Of a DNA stretch of 50,067 nt, positions 9,482 to 18,391 are shown in pieces. The notes under the pieces are model-generated. The model saw nothing but the letters and a program-made list of their open reading frames with translations, did no database searches and was not told the DNA's origin. This stretch comes from Fidelibacterota bacterium (GTDB lineage: Bacteria > Fidelibacterota > Marinisomatia > Marinisomatales > TCS56), in assembly GCA_043822705.1 (NCBI GenBank), contig JBDRBK010000136.1, positions 1-50,067 on the forward strand, read 5' to 3'. Every line of letters starts with the position of its first letter. The stretch's first letter is position 1. Made by a program: the position numbers and the translations under genes.

Positions 9482-9496
9482 ACCAATCAGTGATTC
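9482..9496 (+). repeat. 15-bp direct repeat, right copy
   Basis: ACCAATCAGTGATTC, identical to 8248-8262. Confidence 0.85.
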
Positions 9497-9565
9497 ATTA
9501 GCGAGCTGTCGGGTTTTAAATTCGCCGCGGAATTAAAACGGAATAATATCAATATACATAAAACG

Positions 9566-10366
9566 ATGACTGCCAGCGGCCTGATTTTCGACATCAAACA
9601 CTTCGCCATCCATGATGGTCCCGGCATCCGGACGACGGTCTTCTTCAAGGGCTGTCCCCTTAATTGCTGGTGGTGCCACAATCCTGAAAGCCGCCGACCG
9701 GAAGTCGAAGAATTGAACGTCAACCACCCAGGCCGCAACGGGGATAATCCCGAACCGGCGACGGTCGGCCGGCTGGTGTCGGTGGATGAAGTCATGACGG
9801 ATGTGCTGAAGGACCGGGTGTTCTATGAACAGTCCGGTGGCGGAATCACCATCTCCGGCGGCGAGCCGCTGCTGCAGCCTGATTTTCTGGTCGATCTGTT
9901 GAACGCCTGCCGGCGGGAGTCGGTGGCCACCACAATCGATACCAGCGGGCATGCTACCGTCAAGACCCTGGAACGATTGACCGGTCTGGTGGACCTGTAC
10001 CTCTATGACCTGAAACTCATGGACGAGGAGGCGCACCGCAAACATACCGGTTTATCGAATGCTGCGCTGATTGGTAATCTGGCGTGGCTGGCGGAAACCG
10101 GTGTGCCGATTCGGGTGCGGGTGCCGCTGATCCCCGGAGTCACCGATGGCGATGCCAACCTGGCCGCCATTGCCCGGTTCGTGAAAGCACTGGACCGGGA
10201 TATCGCCGTCGATATATTACCATTCAATCTGCTGGCCCGCGATAAATTTTCTAAATTCAACCTGCCCAACAAGCTTATGCATATGCAAACACAGTCACCC
10301 GAGAAAATCGAGCTGATGGGGGATCATTTCCGGGCCCTGGATATTCCGGTAATTATTGGAGGATGA
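9566..10366 (+). CDS. Glycyl-radical enzyme activating enzyme (radical SAM, short form)
   Basis: HDGPGIRTTVFFKGCPLNCWWCHNPE and SGGEP motifs; directly upstream of a glycyl radical enzyme. Confidence 0.95.
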   Translation: MTASGLIFDIKHFAIHDGPGIRTTVFFKGCPLNCWWCHNPESRRPEVEELNVNHPGRNGDNPEPATVGRLVSVDEVMTDVLKDRVFYEQSGGGITISGGEPLLQPDFLVDLLNACRRESVATTIDTSGHATVKTLERLTGLVDLYLYDLKLMDEEAHRKHTGLSNAALIGNLAWLAETGVPIRVRVPLIPGVTDGDANLAAIARFVKALDRDIAVDILPFNLLARDKFSKFNLPNKLMHMQTQSPEKIELMGDHFRALDIPVIIGG

Positions 10367-10370
10367 ACCC

Positions 10371-12734
10371 ATGAACGAGCGAATCAGACGTCTGCGGGAG
10401 GAAAGCCTGGCGGCCGTATCGGTTATTTCGCTGGAACGGGCGGCGCTGTTGACCGAATTTTACCAGAGCGGCAAGGCCGATAAAGTAGCGGTGCCGGTAG
10501 CCCGCGCCCTGGCCTTCAAGTATCTGCTGGAGCACAAATCCATCCATATCGGCGCCGGTGAACTGATCGTCGGCGAACGCGGTCCCGCCCCCAAGGCCAC
10601 GCCCACTTACCCGGAAATCTGCAGCCACACGATCGCCGATTTCGAACTGCTGGACAGCCGCCCCAAGATACCCTTTCGGGCCGATGCCGAAGCCAAGAAG
10701 ATCCAGAAAAATTACATTATGCCGTTCTGGAAAGGCCGCTCGCTGCGGGACCGGATTTTCGAGGAAGTCGACCAGGACTGGCTGGATTCATTTGCCGCCG
10801 GCGTTTTCACTGAGTTCATGGAACAGCGCGCCCCGGGGCACACGGTGGCGGACGATAAAATTTATAGTCACGGTATGCGTGATTTCCAGAAGGCGATCGC
10901 TGCCGCCGGCAAAAAACTTGACAGCTTCAACGATCCCGAATTTTTCGACAAGCGCGAACAACTGCGCGCCATGAATATCGCCGCCGCTGCCCTGATTCGT
11001 TATGCCGAGCGGCATGCCGAAAAAGCCGATGAATTAATGCGGTCCGAACCGGATGTACTGCGCCGGGCCGAACTGGTCGAAATCAGCCGTATCTGCCGTA
11101 AAGTGCCGGCCGGCCGGCCCGAGACCTTTCATGAAGCGCTGCAATATTACTGGTTCGTCCACCTGGGCGTGATCACCGAGCTCAACACCTGGGATTCATT
11201 CAATCCCGGCCGCCTGGACCAGCACCTGTACCCGTTCTTTCAGGTGGAGCTGGCGACGGGCGAGCTGACCGAAGAACACGCCCGCGAGCTGTTGCAGGCT
11301 TTCTGGATCAAATTCAATAATCAGCCGGCGCCGCCCAAGGTCGGTGTCACCGCCCAGGAAAGCAACACCTACACCGATTTCTGTCTGATTAACATTGGCG
11401 GTGTCGATGCCAACGGCGGCGATGCCACCAATGCGTTATCCTACCTGATTCTGGATGTGATCGAAGAAATGCGCCTGCTGCAGCCCAGTTCGATGGTGCA
11501 GATCAGTAAAAGATCGCCGGACCGCCTGTTGAAACGGGCGCTGCAGATCATCAAGACCGGGTACGGTCAACCGTCATTGTTCAATACCGACGCCATCGTG
11601 GCGGAACTGGTGCGCCAGGGCAAGTCAATTGCGGATGCCCGCAACGGCGGCGCCAGCGGTTGCGTCGAAGCCGGCGCTTTCGGCAAGGAAGCCTACATCC
11701 TGACCGGCTATCTCAATTTGACCAAGATTCTGGAAATAACGCTCCACAATGGATTCGATCCACGGACCGGACTACAGCTGGGACCCCGGACCGGTGAGCC
11801 GGCCACTTTCCGCACCTTCGACCAACTATACACCGCCTTTGAAAAACAATTGCGGCATTTCATCGATGTTAAAATCAAAGGCAATCGCGTCATCGAACGC
11901 CTGTGGGCCAAATATCTGCCGGCGCCGTTTCTGTCGCTGCTGATCGACGACTGCATCGCCACCGGCCGCGATTATAACGCCGGGGGTGCCCGCTACAATT
12001 CCTCCTATATTCAGGGTGTCGGGCTGGGCACGCTGACCGACTCGCTGGCGGCAATCCGCTATCACGTTTATGATCAGAAAAAATTGAGCCTGGACCAGCT
12101 GCTGGCCGCCCTGGAAAATAATTTTGAAGGGGCCGGGGAGCTACGGCAACTGCTGTTGGAAGCGACACCGCGTTACGGCAATGATGACGACTACCCCGAC
12201 AGTCTGGCCCGGCGGGTATTTGAAAGTTTTTTCCAGGCTGTGGACGGCCGCCCCAACACCAAGGGCGGGCACTATCGGATTAACCTGCTGCCCACGACTT
12301 CGCACGTGTATTTCGGCAGTGTCATCGGGGCAACGCCCGAAGGGCGCTTTTCCGGGCAACCGTTGTCGGAAGGAATCTCGCCGGTGCAGGGCGCCGACCG
12401 CAAGGGACCCACCGCCGTGCTGAAATCCGCTGCGAAAATCGATCACCTGCGTACCGGCGGAACGCTGCTGAACCAGAAATTCACGCCGCAACTGCTGGCC
12501 GATGAAACCGGTCTGAACAAAGTGGCTGATCTGGTACGCTCATATTTCCGGCTGGATGGGCACCACATCCAGTTCAATGTGGTCACCGCCGACACTTTGC
12601 GCCAGGCCCAGGCCAATCCGGAAGCCTATCGTGATCTGATTGTGCGGGTGGCGGGCTACAGTGATTATTTTGTCGATCTCGGTCCCGACTTGCAGGATGA
12701 GATCATTCGCCGGACGGAACACGCCGAATCCTGA
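10371..12734 (+). CDS. hypD: trans-4-hydroxy-L-proline dehydratase (glycyl radical enzyme)
   Basis: HypD-type motifs TYPEIC, EFMEQRAPGHT, WDSFNPGR, NQPAPPKVG, ESNTYTDF, SGCVE, LTGY, LPTT and the glycyl loop RVAGY. GGAGG precedes the ATG at 10371. Confidence 0.88.
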   Translation: MNERIRRLREESLAAVSVISLERAALLTEFYQSGKADKVAVPVARALAFKYLLEHKSIHIGAGELIVGERGPAPKATPTYPEICSHTIADFELLDSRPKIPFRADAEAKKIQKNYIMPFWKGRSLRDRIFEEVDQDWLDSFAAGVFTEFMEQRAPGHTVADDKIYSHGMRDFQKAIAAAGKKLDSFNDPEFFDKREQLRAMNIAAAALIRYAERHAEKADELMRSEPDVLRRAELVEISRICRKVPAGRPETFHEALQYYWFVHLGVITELNTWDSFNPGRLDQHLYPFFQVELATGELTEEHARELLQAFWIKFNNQPAPPKVGVTAQESNTYTDFCLINIGGVDANGGDATNALSYLILDVIEEMRLLQPSSMVQISKRSPDRLLKRALQIIKTGYGQPSLFNTDAIVAELVRQGKSIADARNGGASGCVEAGAFGKEAYILTGYLNLTKILEITLHNGFDPRTGLQLGPRTGEPATFRTFDQLYTAFEKQLRHFIDVKIKGNRVIERLWAKYLPAPFLSLLIDDCIATGRDYNAGGARYNSSYIQGVGLGTLTDSLAAIRYHVYDQKKLSLDQLLAALENNFEGAGELRQLLLEATPRYGNDDDYPDSLARRVFESFFQAVDGRPNTKGGHYRINLLPTTSHVYFGSVIGATPEGRFSGQPLSEGISPVQGADRKGPTAVLKSAAKIDHLRTGGTLLNQKFTPQLLADETGLNKVADLVRSYFRLDGHHIQFNVVTADTLRQAQANPEAYRDLIVRVAGYSDYFVDLGPDLQDEIIRRTEHAES

Positions 12735-12735
12735 T

Positions 12736-12790
12736 AAACAGTCGATCGTCGCCGGCCACGACCGCGGTCGATCGGACCGGCTGTTTCTTT
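12736..12790 (+). terminator. Intergenic hairpin after hypD (weak terminator or mRNA-stabilising stem)
   Basis: AAACAGTCG pairs with CGGCTGTTT, followed by CTTT; inner palindrome CGACCGCGGTCG. Confidence 0.35.
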
Positions 12791-12837
12791 GTGGTCGATT
12801 AACCACGGGGCGCTAATATTTAATTTAACGGAAGGGG

Positions 12838-13890
12838 ATGAATATGCAACAGATTCTGAATCGGTCGCGGTTTTGGGAACCGCCGGCCGATTGGCGCAAG
12901 ATCACTACTCTGGAGGTCCACACCGCCGGGGAGCCGCTGCGCATCTTCATTTCCGGTTACCCGGAATTACCGGGTAATACGATTCTGGAACGGCGGCAGG
13001 CTGCGCTGGAAAAATTTGATTTTCTGCGTATGATCGCCATGTGGGAACCGCGCGGTCATGCCGATATGTACGGTTGCGTGATTACGCCGCCGGTATCGCC
13101 GGAGGCCGATTTCGGTGTCGTTTTCATGCACAACGAAGGTTACAGCAGCATGTGCGGACACGGTATAATTGCCGTTACCACCGCCGTCCTGGAAACCGGG
13201 ATACTGACGGCCAGCGAACCCTACACCACCGTTCGGATCGATACTCCGGCGGGACTGATCACCGCCCGTGCCCGGGTGGCAGAGGATCGTGTGAAAAGTG
13301 TGAAATTCCTCAACGTGCCGTCTTTTGTCTACGGACTCGATCAAACCATCGATGTCCCGGGTCTCGGGGAAATTCGTTACGACCTGGCCTTTGGCGGCGC
13401 CTATTACGCCTTCGTGCCGGCCAGTGCCGTGGGACTAACCTGCGATCCTGATGAATTCAGTCAACTGGTGGATTGCGGCATGCGGATCAAACGGGCGATC
13501 ATGGCCGACCGCAAGATTGAACATCCGTTTGAACCCGATCTGGGTTTTTTATACGGTACCATTTTCACGGCACCGGCGCGTAACGATGCCACGGACAGCC
13601 GCAACGTCTGCATCTTCGCCGATGGCGAGGTGGATCGCAGTCCCACCGGCACCGGCGTCGCCGGCCGGCTGGCAATCCTGCATACCCGTGATGAAGTGGC
13701 CATCGACCAACCGTTCGTAGTCGAGAGTATTTTGGGCACAAAATTCACTGGCACGATTGTTAAAGAAACCACTTTTGGTCCGCATAAGGCCGTGCTGCCC
13801 ACGGTGGAGGGACAGGCGTTCATTACCGGTCGCAACGAAATGTTGATCGACCCTGCCGATCCGTTGAAATTAGGCTTTATCCTGCGCTGA
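12838..13890 (+). CDS. Proline racemase family protein, Cys/Thr type, probable trans-3-hydroxy-L-proline dehydratase
   Basis: HTAGEP, EPRGH, MHNEGYSSMCGH and DRSPTGTG (Thr replaces the second catalytic Cys). The true start may be the ATG at 12844. Confidence 0.85.
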   Translation: MNMQQILNRSRFWEPPADWRKITTLEVHTAGEPLRIFISGYPELPGNTILERRQAALEKFDFLRMIAMWEPRGHADMYGCVITPPVSPEADFGVVFMHNEGYSSMCGHGIIAVTTAVLETGILTASEPYTTVRIDTPAGLITARARVAEDRVKSVKFLNVPSFVYGLDQTIDVPGLGEIRYDLAFGGAYYAFVPASAVGLTCDPDEFSQLVDCGMRIKRAIMADRKIEHPFEPDLGFLYGTIFTAPARNDATDSRNVCIFADGEVDRSPTGTGVAGRLAILHTRDEVAIDQPFVVESILGTKFTGTIVKETTFGPHKAVLPTVEGQAFITGRNEMLIDPADPLKLGFILR

Positions 13891-13984
13891 ATAAATGTTG
13901 TGGTGGGTTGGGGGACAGGCTCACCGTCTTGCAGTCGGTCGCCATTGCCTTTCGGGCAGGTTGATCTGGGACTATCGAAATGTA

Positions 13985-14365
13985 TTAATCCTTGGCCGAG
14001 TACAACTCAAAGCTGCCGACTTCCTTGTAATTTATTTTGGAGCCGGTGGTCGGTAGCATTTGCAGTAAATCCTGAATATTGGCATCGATAATAATCAGGC
14101 TGTGGGTCAGAAAGGAGCTGTTGGCGTTCTGCTGGTCCGGATCATCGCTGGTGATCCCGGCAGGTTCCGGGTAGTCTTTCCCCGTGCCATAAATGGTATG
14201 GATCAGGTTTTTCCGTGCCCGCAACAGTGAATCGAGCGATTTCTGAAACGGGTGGCTGGAGTTGATCCAGCAGTTATTCGCCCGTTCCATCAGCCGGCCG
14301 AAATACTCCTGTTCCTCCCACAGCAGGCGTTTGACTGAATTATCGATTTCAGGATTTTGATTCAT
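13985..14365 (-). CDS. Hypothetical protein
   Basis: 126-aa ORF with plausible helical composition filling an otherwise empty interval; no motif recognised. Confidence 0.45.
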   Translation of the reverse strand: MNQNPEIDNSVKRLLWEEQEYFGRLMERANNCWINSSHPFQKSLDSLLRARKNLIHTIYGTGKDYPEPAGITSDDPDQQNANSSFLTHSLIIIDANIQDLLQMLPTTGSKINYKEVGSFELYSAKD

Positions 14366-14759
14366 CCTTGACTACCTGGAAATTTTCTATTGCCTGCGGT
14401 GGTGATTCTGTCGCGACCGGCCTGGGGCGGTTGCTTGTTGCTGTTGGTGCTGTAGGTGCTGTAGCATTCATATTAATAATAATCGGTTATATTTCTATAA
14501 TCGGTGGTACGGTCAGACGTCTTTATGATTCACGCCTTTTATTTTTTACTGGATTTGCCGGTTCCAGCGATCAGCTAAATAGAACAAAATCGGATAAAAA
14601 ATCATTAACCGGAACATTTGGTAAAATAAATGCGGGCGATCGACTGGCGATGATATTTGGTGGCGAAGCCGGAAAATCATCATGATCGGCTAAAAAATTT
14701 AATGCCTGCTGCTTCTGAGCGGTGTATTTTTTGACGGCAATTATTTAGGGACAAGGTAC

Positions 14760-15143
14760 ATGAAACAGAAGATACTGATCGTCGACGATCTGGAATCAAT
14801 CCGGGATTTGATGCGCGATGCCTTTACTAAAGTCGGTTTTGAGGTGTTCACCTGCGAAAGTGCCGAGGAAGCGCTGCAGGTGGCGATTCGGGAAAATATT
14901 CAGGTCCATTTTTACGATCTGCACCTGCCGGGAATGAATGGCATCGAACTATGTCGGGAAATACGCAAAAAGCGTCCCGTGGACTTGATCTACGCTATGA
15001 CCGGCCATCCGTCAATTTATGCCCTGGTGGAATGCCGGGAGGCTGGCTTCGACGACTATTTTATTAAACCATTCGATCTGCGGACGATCCTGGAAACGAC
15101 CGAGCGGGCGTTTGACACAATCAAGCGCTGGAAACGGCAGTAA
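14760..15143 (+). CDS. Single-domain response regulator
   Basis: ILIVDD, D-x-x-LPGMNG, AMTG and KPF motifs. Confidence 0.93.
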   Translation: MKQKILIVDDLESIRDLMRDAFTKVGFEVFTCESAEEALQVAIRENIQVHFYDLHLPGMNGIELCREIRKKRPVDLIYAMTGHPSIYALVECREAGFDDYFIKPFDLRTILETTERAFDTIKRWKRQ

Positions 15144-15365
15144 TCCTGCCGGAGCCAGCTGGCGATACCGGCTGATTGACGCCTACCAATCCGGCCGCCC
15201 GGTCCGGTTCCGCTTTAGACCAACCGACCTCAATCATTGTGACCAGCGATTATCCGCATCTCCTGCTTAATGCAAGAAATGTTGCTCGGCCAGTATCTGA
15301 TTATATCCTTCTGTAAATTCAATTGATATATTGCAAGTGCCAATGAGCCATCGAAGGAGAACAAA

Positions 15366-15860
15366 ATGCTGGCTGCCTGGCTTACTCTGGACAATACCGG
15401 CGATCGGAAACTGGATGATCTGATCCGGGATTTGGCGCAACGCTATTCCGCTCCTGTTTTCCGGCCCCACATCACGGTGCTGGGAGGGATCGATCTGACG
15501 CCATCCCGGTTGGCTGGTCTGACCGATGCGGTTTTCAAGACTGTCGCCCCATTCAGGGTCCGGCCGGTGGCTCTCTGCCAGACCGCCGATATCTGGCGCA
15601 CCGTAATCATCGAACTGGCAGCGTCGGAAGAGTTAGCGCAGATCAATCGGCACCTGGTACAATTGGCACGGCCGCCCGTTATAAAGCCATTTGCACCGCA
15701 TATCAGTCTGCTCTACAAAAAATTACAACCGGAAATCCGGGCGCGGATAGTCAGCGGGATCACCATCGATGCCGAATATCGGGTCACCGGCGCGGCGCTG
15801 GTCGATATCGGCGGCCCGGTGGAAAACTGGCAAATCCGGAAACACTATCTTTTCGACTGA
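15366..15860 (+). CDS. 2H phosphoesterase (cyclic phosphodiesterase / 2'-5' RNA ligase family)
   Basis: Two HxT/S motifs (PHITV, PHISL); AAGGAG RBS. Confidence 0.85.
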   Translation: MLAAWLTLDNTGDRKLDDLIRDLAQRYSAPVFRPHITVLGGIDLTPSRLAGLTDAVFKTVAPFRVRPVALCQTADIWRTVIIELAASEELAQINRHLVQLARPPVIKPFAPHISLLYKKLQPEIRARIVSGITIDAEYRVTGAALVDIGGPVENWQIRKHYLFD

Positions 15861-15893
15861 ATTATCATCCTCAGACAGAGCAGGAGGTTTGAC

Positions 15894-16433
15894 ATGCTGG
15901 AAAAAGAGTCCGTCATGGTAGTGATGGTCGATGTCCAGGGCAACCTGGCGCAGGCCATGTATAAAAAAGATAAGCTGTTCGACAATCTGCGCATCCTGCT
16001 GCAAGGAGTACGGTTGTTTGGACTACCGGTCATCTGGATGGAGCAGACACCGGACAAACTGGGTCCCACCATTCCGGAACTGGCGGAACTGCTGCCGGAT
16101 CTGGAGCCGATCAGCAAACGTTCCTTCAGTTGCTGTGGCGAGCCACGCTTCCTGGAACGGCTGAAAGCGGTCGACCGGCCTATGGTTTTGTTGTGCGGCA
16201 TTGAAACGCATGTCTGCATTTACCAGACCGCTGTCGATCTGCAGCAGCGGGGTTACCAGGTCGAGGTGGTCGTCGATGCGGTCTCGTCACGAACAAAACT
16301 GAACAAAAAAATCGGTCTGGAGAAAATTGTCGCCGCCGGAGCCGGACTTACTTCGGTGGAAACCGCTCTTTTTGAATTGCAGCGCGGAGTGGATGACGGT
16401 ACCTTCCGGCAGCTGGTTAAACTAGTGAAATGA
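15894..16433 (+). CDS. Isochorismatase family hydrolase
   Basis: VDVQ, EQxPxxLGPT, KRSFSC and GIETHVC motifs. Confidence 0.93.
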   Translation: MLEKESVMVVMVDVQGNLAQAMYKKDKLFDNLRILLQGVRLFGLPVIWMEQTPDKLGPTIPELAELLPDLEPISKRSFSCCGEPRFLERLKAVDRPMVLLCGIETHVCIYQTAVDLQQRGYQVEVVVDAVSSRTKLNKKIGLEKIVAAGAGLTSVETALFELQRGVDDGTFRQLVKLVK

Positions 16434-16517
16434 CCGTCCGGCGGAAGGCGGTCTGATTGGATTGAGTGGCGATACAAAAACAGTGATCCCGACGATCATG
16501 AAAATCAAGTTCCTATT

Positions 16518-18344
16518 GTGAACAAATTTTGTAAATTCCTCTACCGAGGTATGCAGGGAATGTCACACAAAGTATTGATTCGTTTACTTGTATTGCTGAT
16601 CCTGCTGGGTGGCGGACCATCCAGTGGACAGGCGGTTTGGAAAACGGCCAAGGCCGCAGACCAGCCCGAGCAGAAGACCGCGACCACTAAAAAACGTCCG
16701 CCGCAAAAACAACCGACCTCTAATAAACCGGCGACGCCTCCGCCAACCGGTACCAAAACTACTACCGGCAAAACGGCAACCCGCCCGACTTCCGGTTCCA
16801 AGACTTCCGCCGGTAAATCGACAACTACCCGTCCATCGACAAAATCAGGCACCACCACTAAGAACCAACCTGCCAGGCAAACTGCCACCGGATCGAAGCA
16901 ATCGACCAGGAAGCAACCGGCAGCGACTGCCAAAACCAGGAAACGCCCACCCGCAACGACACAAACAGCGCCGACCCGTAAAGCCAGTACCAGACCACGA
17001 CCGACTACGGCGCCAGTGCCCACTGCTGCGGCAAAAGAAACAGTGATTATACCGTCGGTAAATGTCGTGAAAATGGCCGACGAAATCTATTCCCTGACCG
17101 ATCAGTTGACCAGCAGCCAGCGCCAGATGCGACAGGCGGCGGCTTATCTGGAACCATTGCCGAAGCGTCAGATGGTGCGGCTTGAATCGCGACCCGCCGT
17201 CAATCTGGCCGACTTGGAAATGCAGGCAGCCGCCGACCCGGAAAATATCAAGCTGCAGCGCCAGTTGGCCCTGGAATATGAGAACCGGCAGGAGATCGCC
17301 AAGGCCAAGGATATTTATCTGCGGATGGTTTACAACCAGCCGGAGAATGCCGACGCCCACTATTTTCTGGGATCCTTTTACGCTGCCCGCAACGAATCCG
17401 ACAAGGCGCGGCAGGCTTATGAAGAAGCTTTGATTTTCAATCCCGACCACCAGGCGACCTTGAACGCGCTGGCGGCATTTCCCGGTAACCGGCGGCAATT
17501 GAGCAGCTCCGTACCGACGGCACCGGCCAAATCCGATCCGGCACGAGATAAAGCGCTGTTCAAGATGAATGAAATCAAGCGCGAGCTCGATGCCGGAAAC
17601 GCCCGGGCAGCGATTCAGCTGGCCAGCGTCGCCGAGGTGCAATTTCCCGACCAGAGCGGATTTGTTTTTCTCAAGGGCCGGGCCTACCAGACGCTGGGTG
17701 AGACCGATCTGGCCAAGGCGGAATATCATAAGACGCTGAAAATTAATCCCCGGCAAATTGAAGCACACCGGGCGCTGGCGGCGCTGTATTTCGATCAGGG
17801 GAATTATCTGTATGCGGCGCTTTCCTACCAGCAGGTAATTGCCCAGAATCCCCTGTCAACCGACGATCGTTACCGGTTGGGCCTGGCCTATTATCTGGCC
17901 GGCGAATGGGGTCATGCCGCCGCTGTCTGGGAGGATCTGCTGCATTACGCCCCCAATCATGTGGAAGCGCGCGGCTATCTGCCGCAGGCCTATTATGTAC
18001 TGGCGATGGAGTATAACCGTTTGGGCGAATCGGGACTGGGAAGGACCGCCTTCAATAAGGCGCTCAGCGTGAATTCGGATGCCTATACCTGGCTGCCGGG
18101 AGCGCTGACGACCCTGGGCAAGCATTACCGCGATCGCGAAATGTACAAAGAATCGCTGGCCGCATTTCAGGAAGCGATCGAGTTACGGCCCAAGAGTGCT
18201 GACGTCTACACGGAAATCGGTGTGACCTACTGGAAGATGAACGAGAAGCGTCTGGCGCGGGCGGCCTGGCAACGCAGCCTGGAATTGAATCCCGGCAACA
18301 ACACCGCCCAGGGCTGGTTGATCCTCAGCCGCCAGATCGGTTGA
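16518..18344 (+). CDS. Secreted TPR protein with an N-terminal Thr/Lys/Pro-rich low-complexity region
   Basis: Signal-like hydrophobic segment, long T/K/P/S-rich tract and multiple TPRs. The start may be the ATG at 16551 or 16560. Confidence 0.8.
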   Translation: MNKFCKFLYRGMQGMSHKVLIRLLVLLILLGGGPSSGQAVWKTAKAADQPEQKTATTKKRPPQKQPTSNKPATPPPTGTKTTTGKTATRPTSGSKTSAGKSTTTRPSTKSGTTTKNQPARQTATGSKQSTRKQPAATAKTRKRPPATTQTAPTRKASTRPRPTTAPVPTAAAKETVIIPSVNVVKMADEIYSLTDQLTSSQRQMRQAAAYLEPLPKRQMVRLESRPAVNLADLEMQAAADPENIKLQRQLALEYENRQEIAKAKDIYLRMVYNQPENADAHYFLGSFYAARNESDKARQAYEEALIFNPDHQATLNALAAFPGNRRQLSSSVPTAPAKSDPARDKALFKMNEIKRELDAGNARAAIQLASVAEVQFPDQSGFVFLKGRAYQTLGETDLAKAEYHKTLKINPRQIEAHRALAALYFDQGNYLYAALSYQQVIAQNPLSTDDRYRLGLAYYLAGEWGHAAAVWEDLLHYAPNHVEARGYLPQAYYVLAMEYNRLGESGLGRTAFNKALSVNSDAYTWLPGALTTLGKHYRDREMYKESLAAFQEAIELRPKSADVYTEIGVTYWKMNEKRLARAAWQRSLELNPGNNTAQGWLILSRQIG

Positions 18345-18391
18345 ATCTGACCCGCCGTGCCGGGAACTATAACTGAATCATACATTGACCC

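Noticed and set aside
13905..13920. GGTTGGGG(G)ACAGG similarity to 1178-1190
   Set aside because: Short, low-complexity and differing in G-run length; compatible with chance.
15366..15860. Anti-CBASS or other defence role for the 2H phosphoesterase
   Set aside because: Housekeeping context and host-like composition; nothing beyond the two HxT/S motifs supports it.
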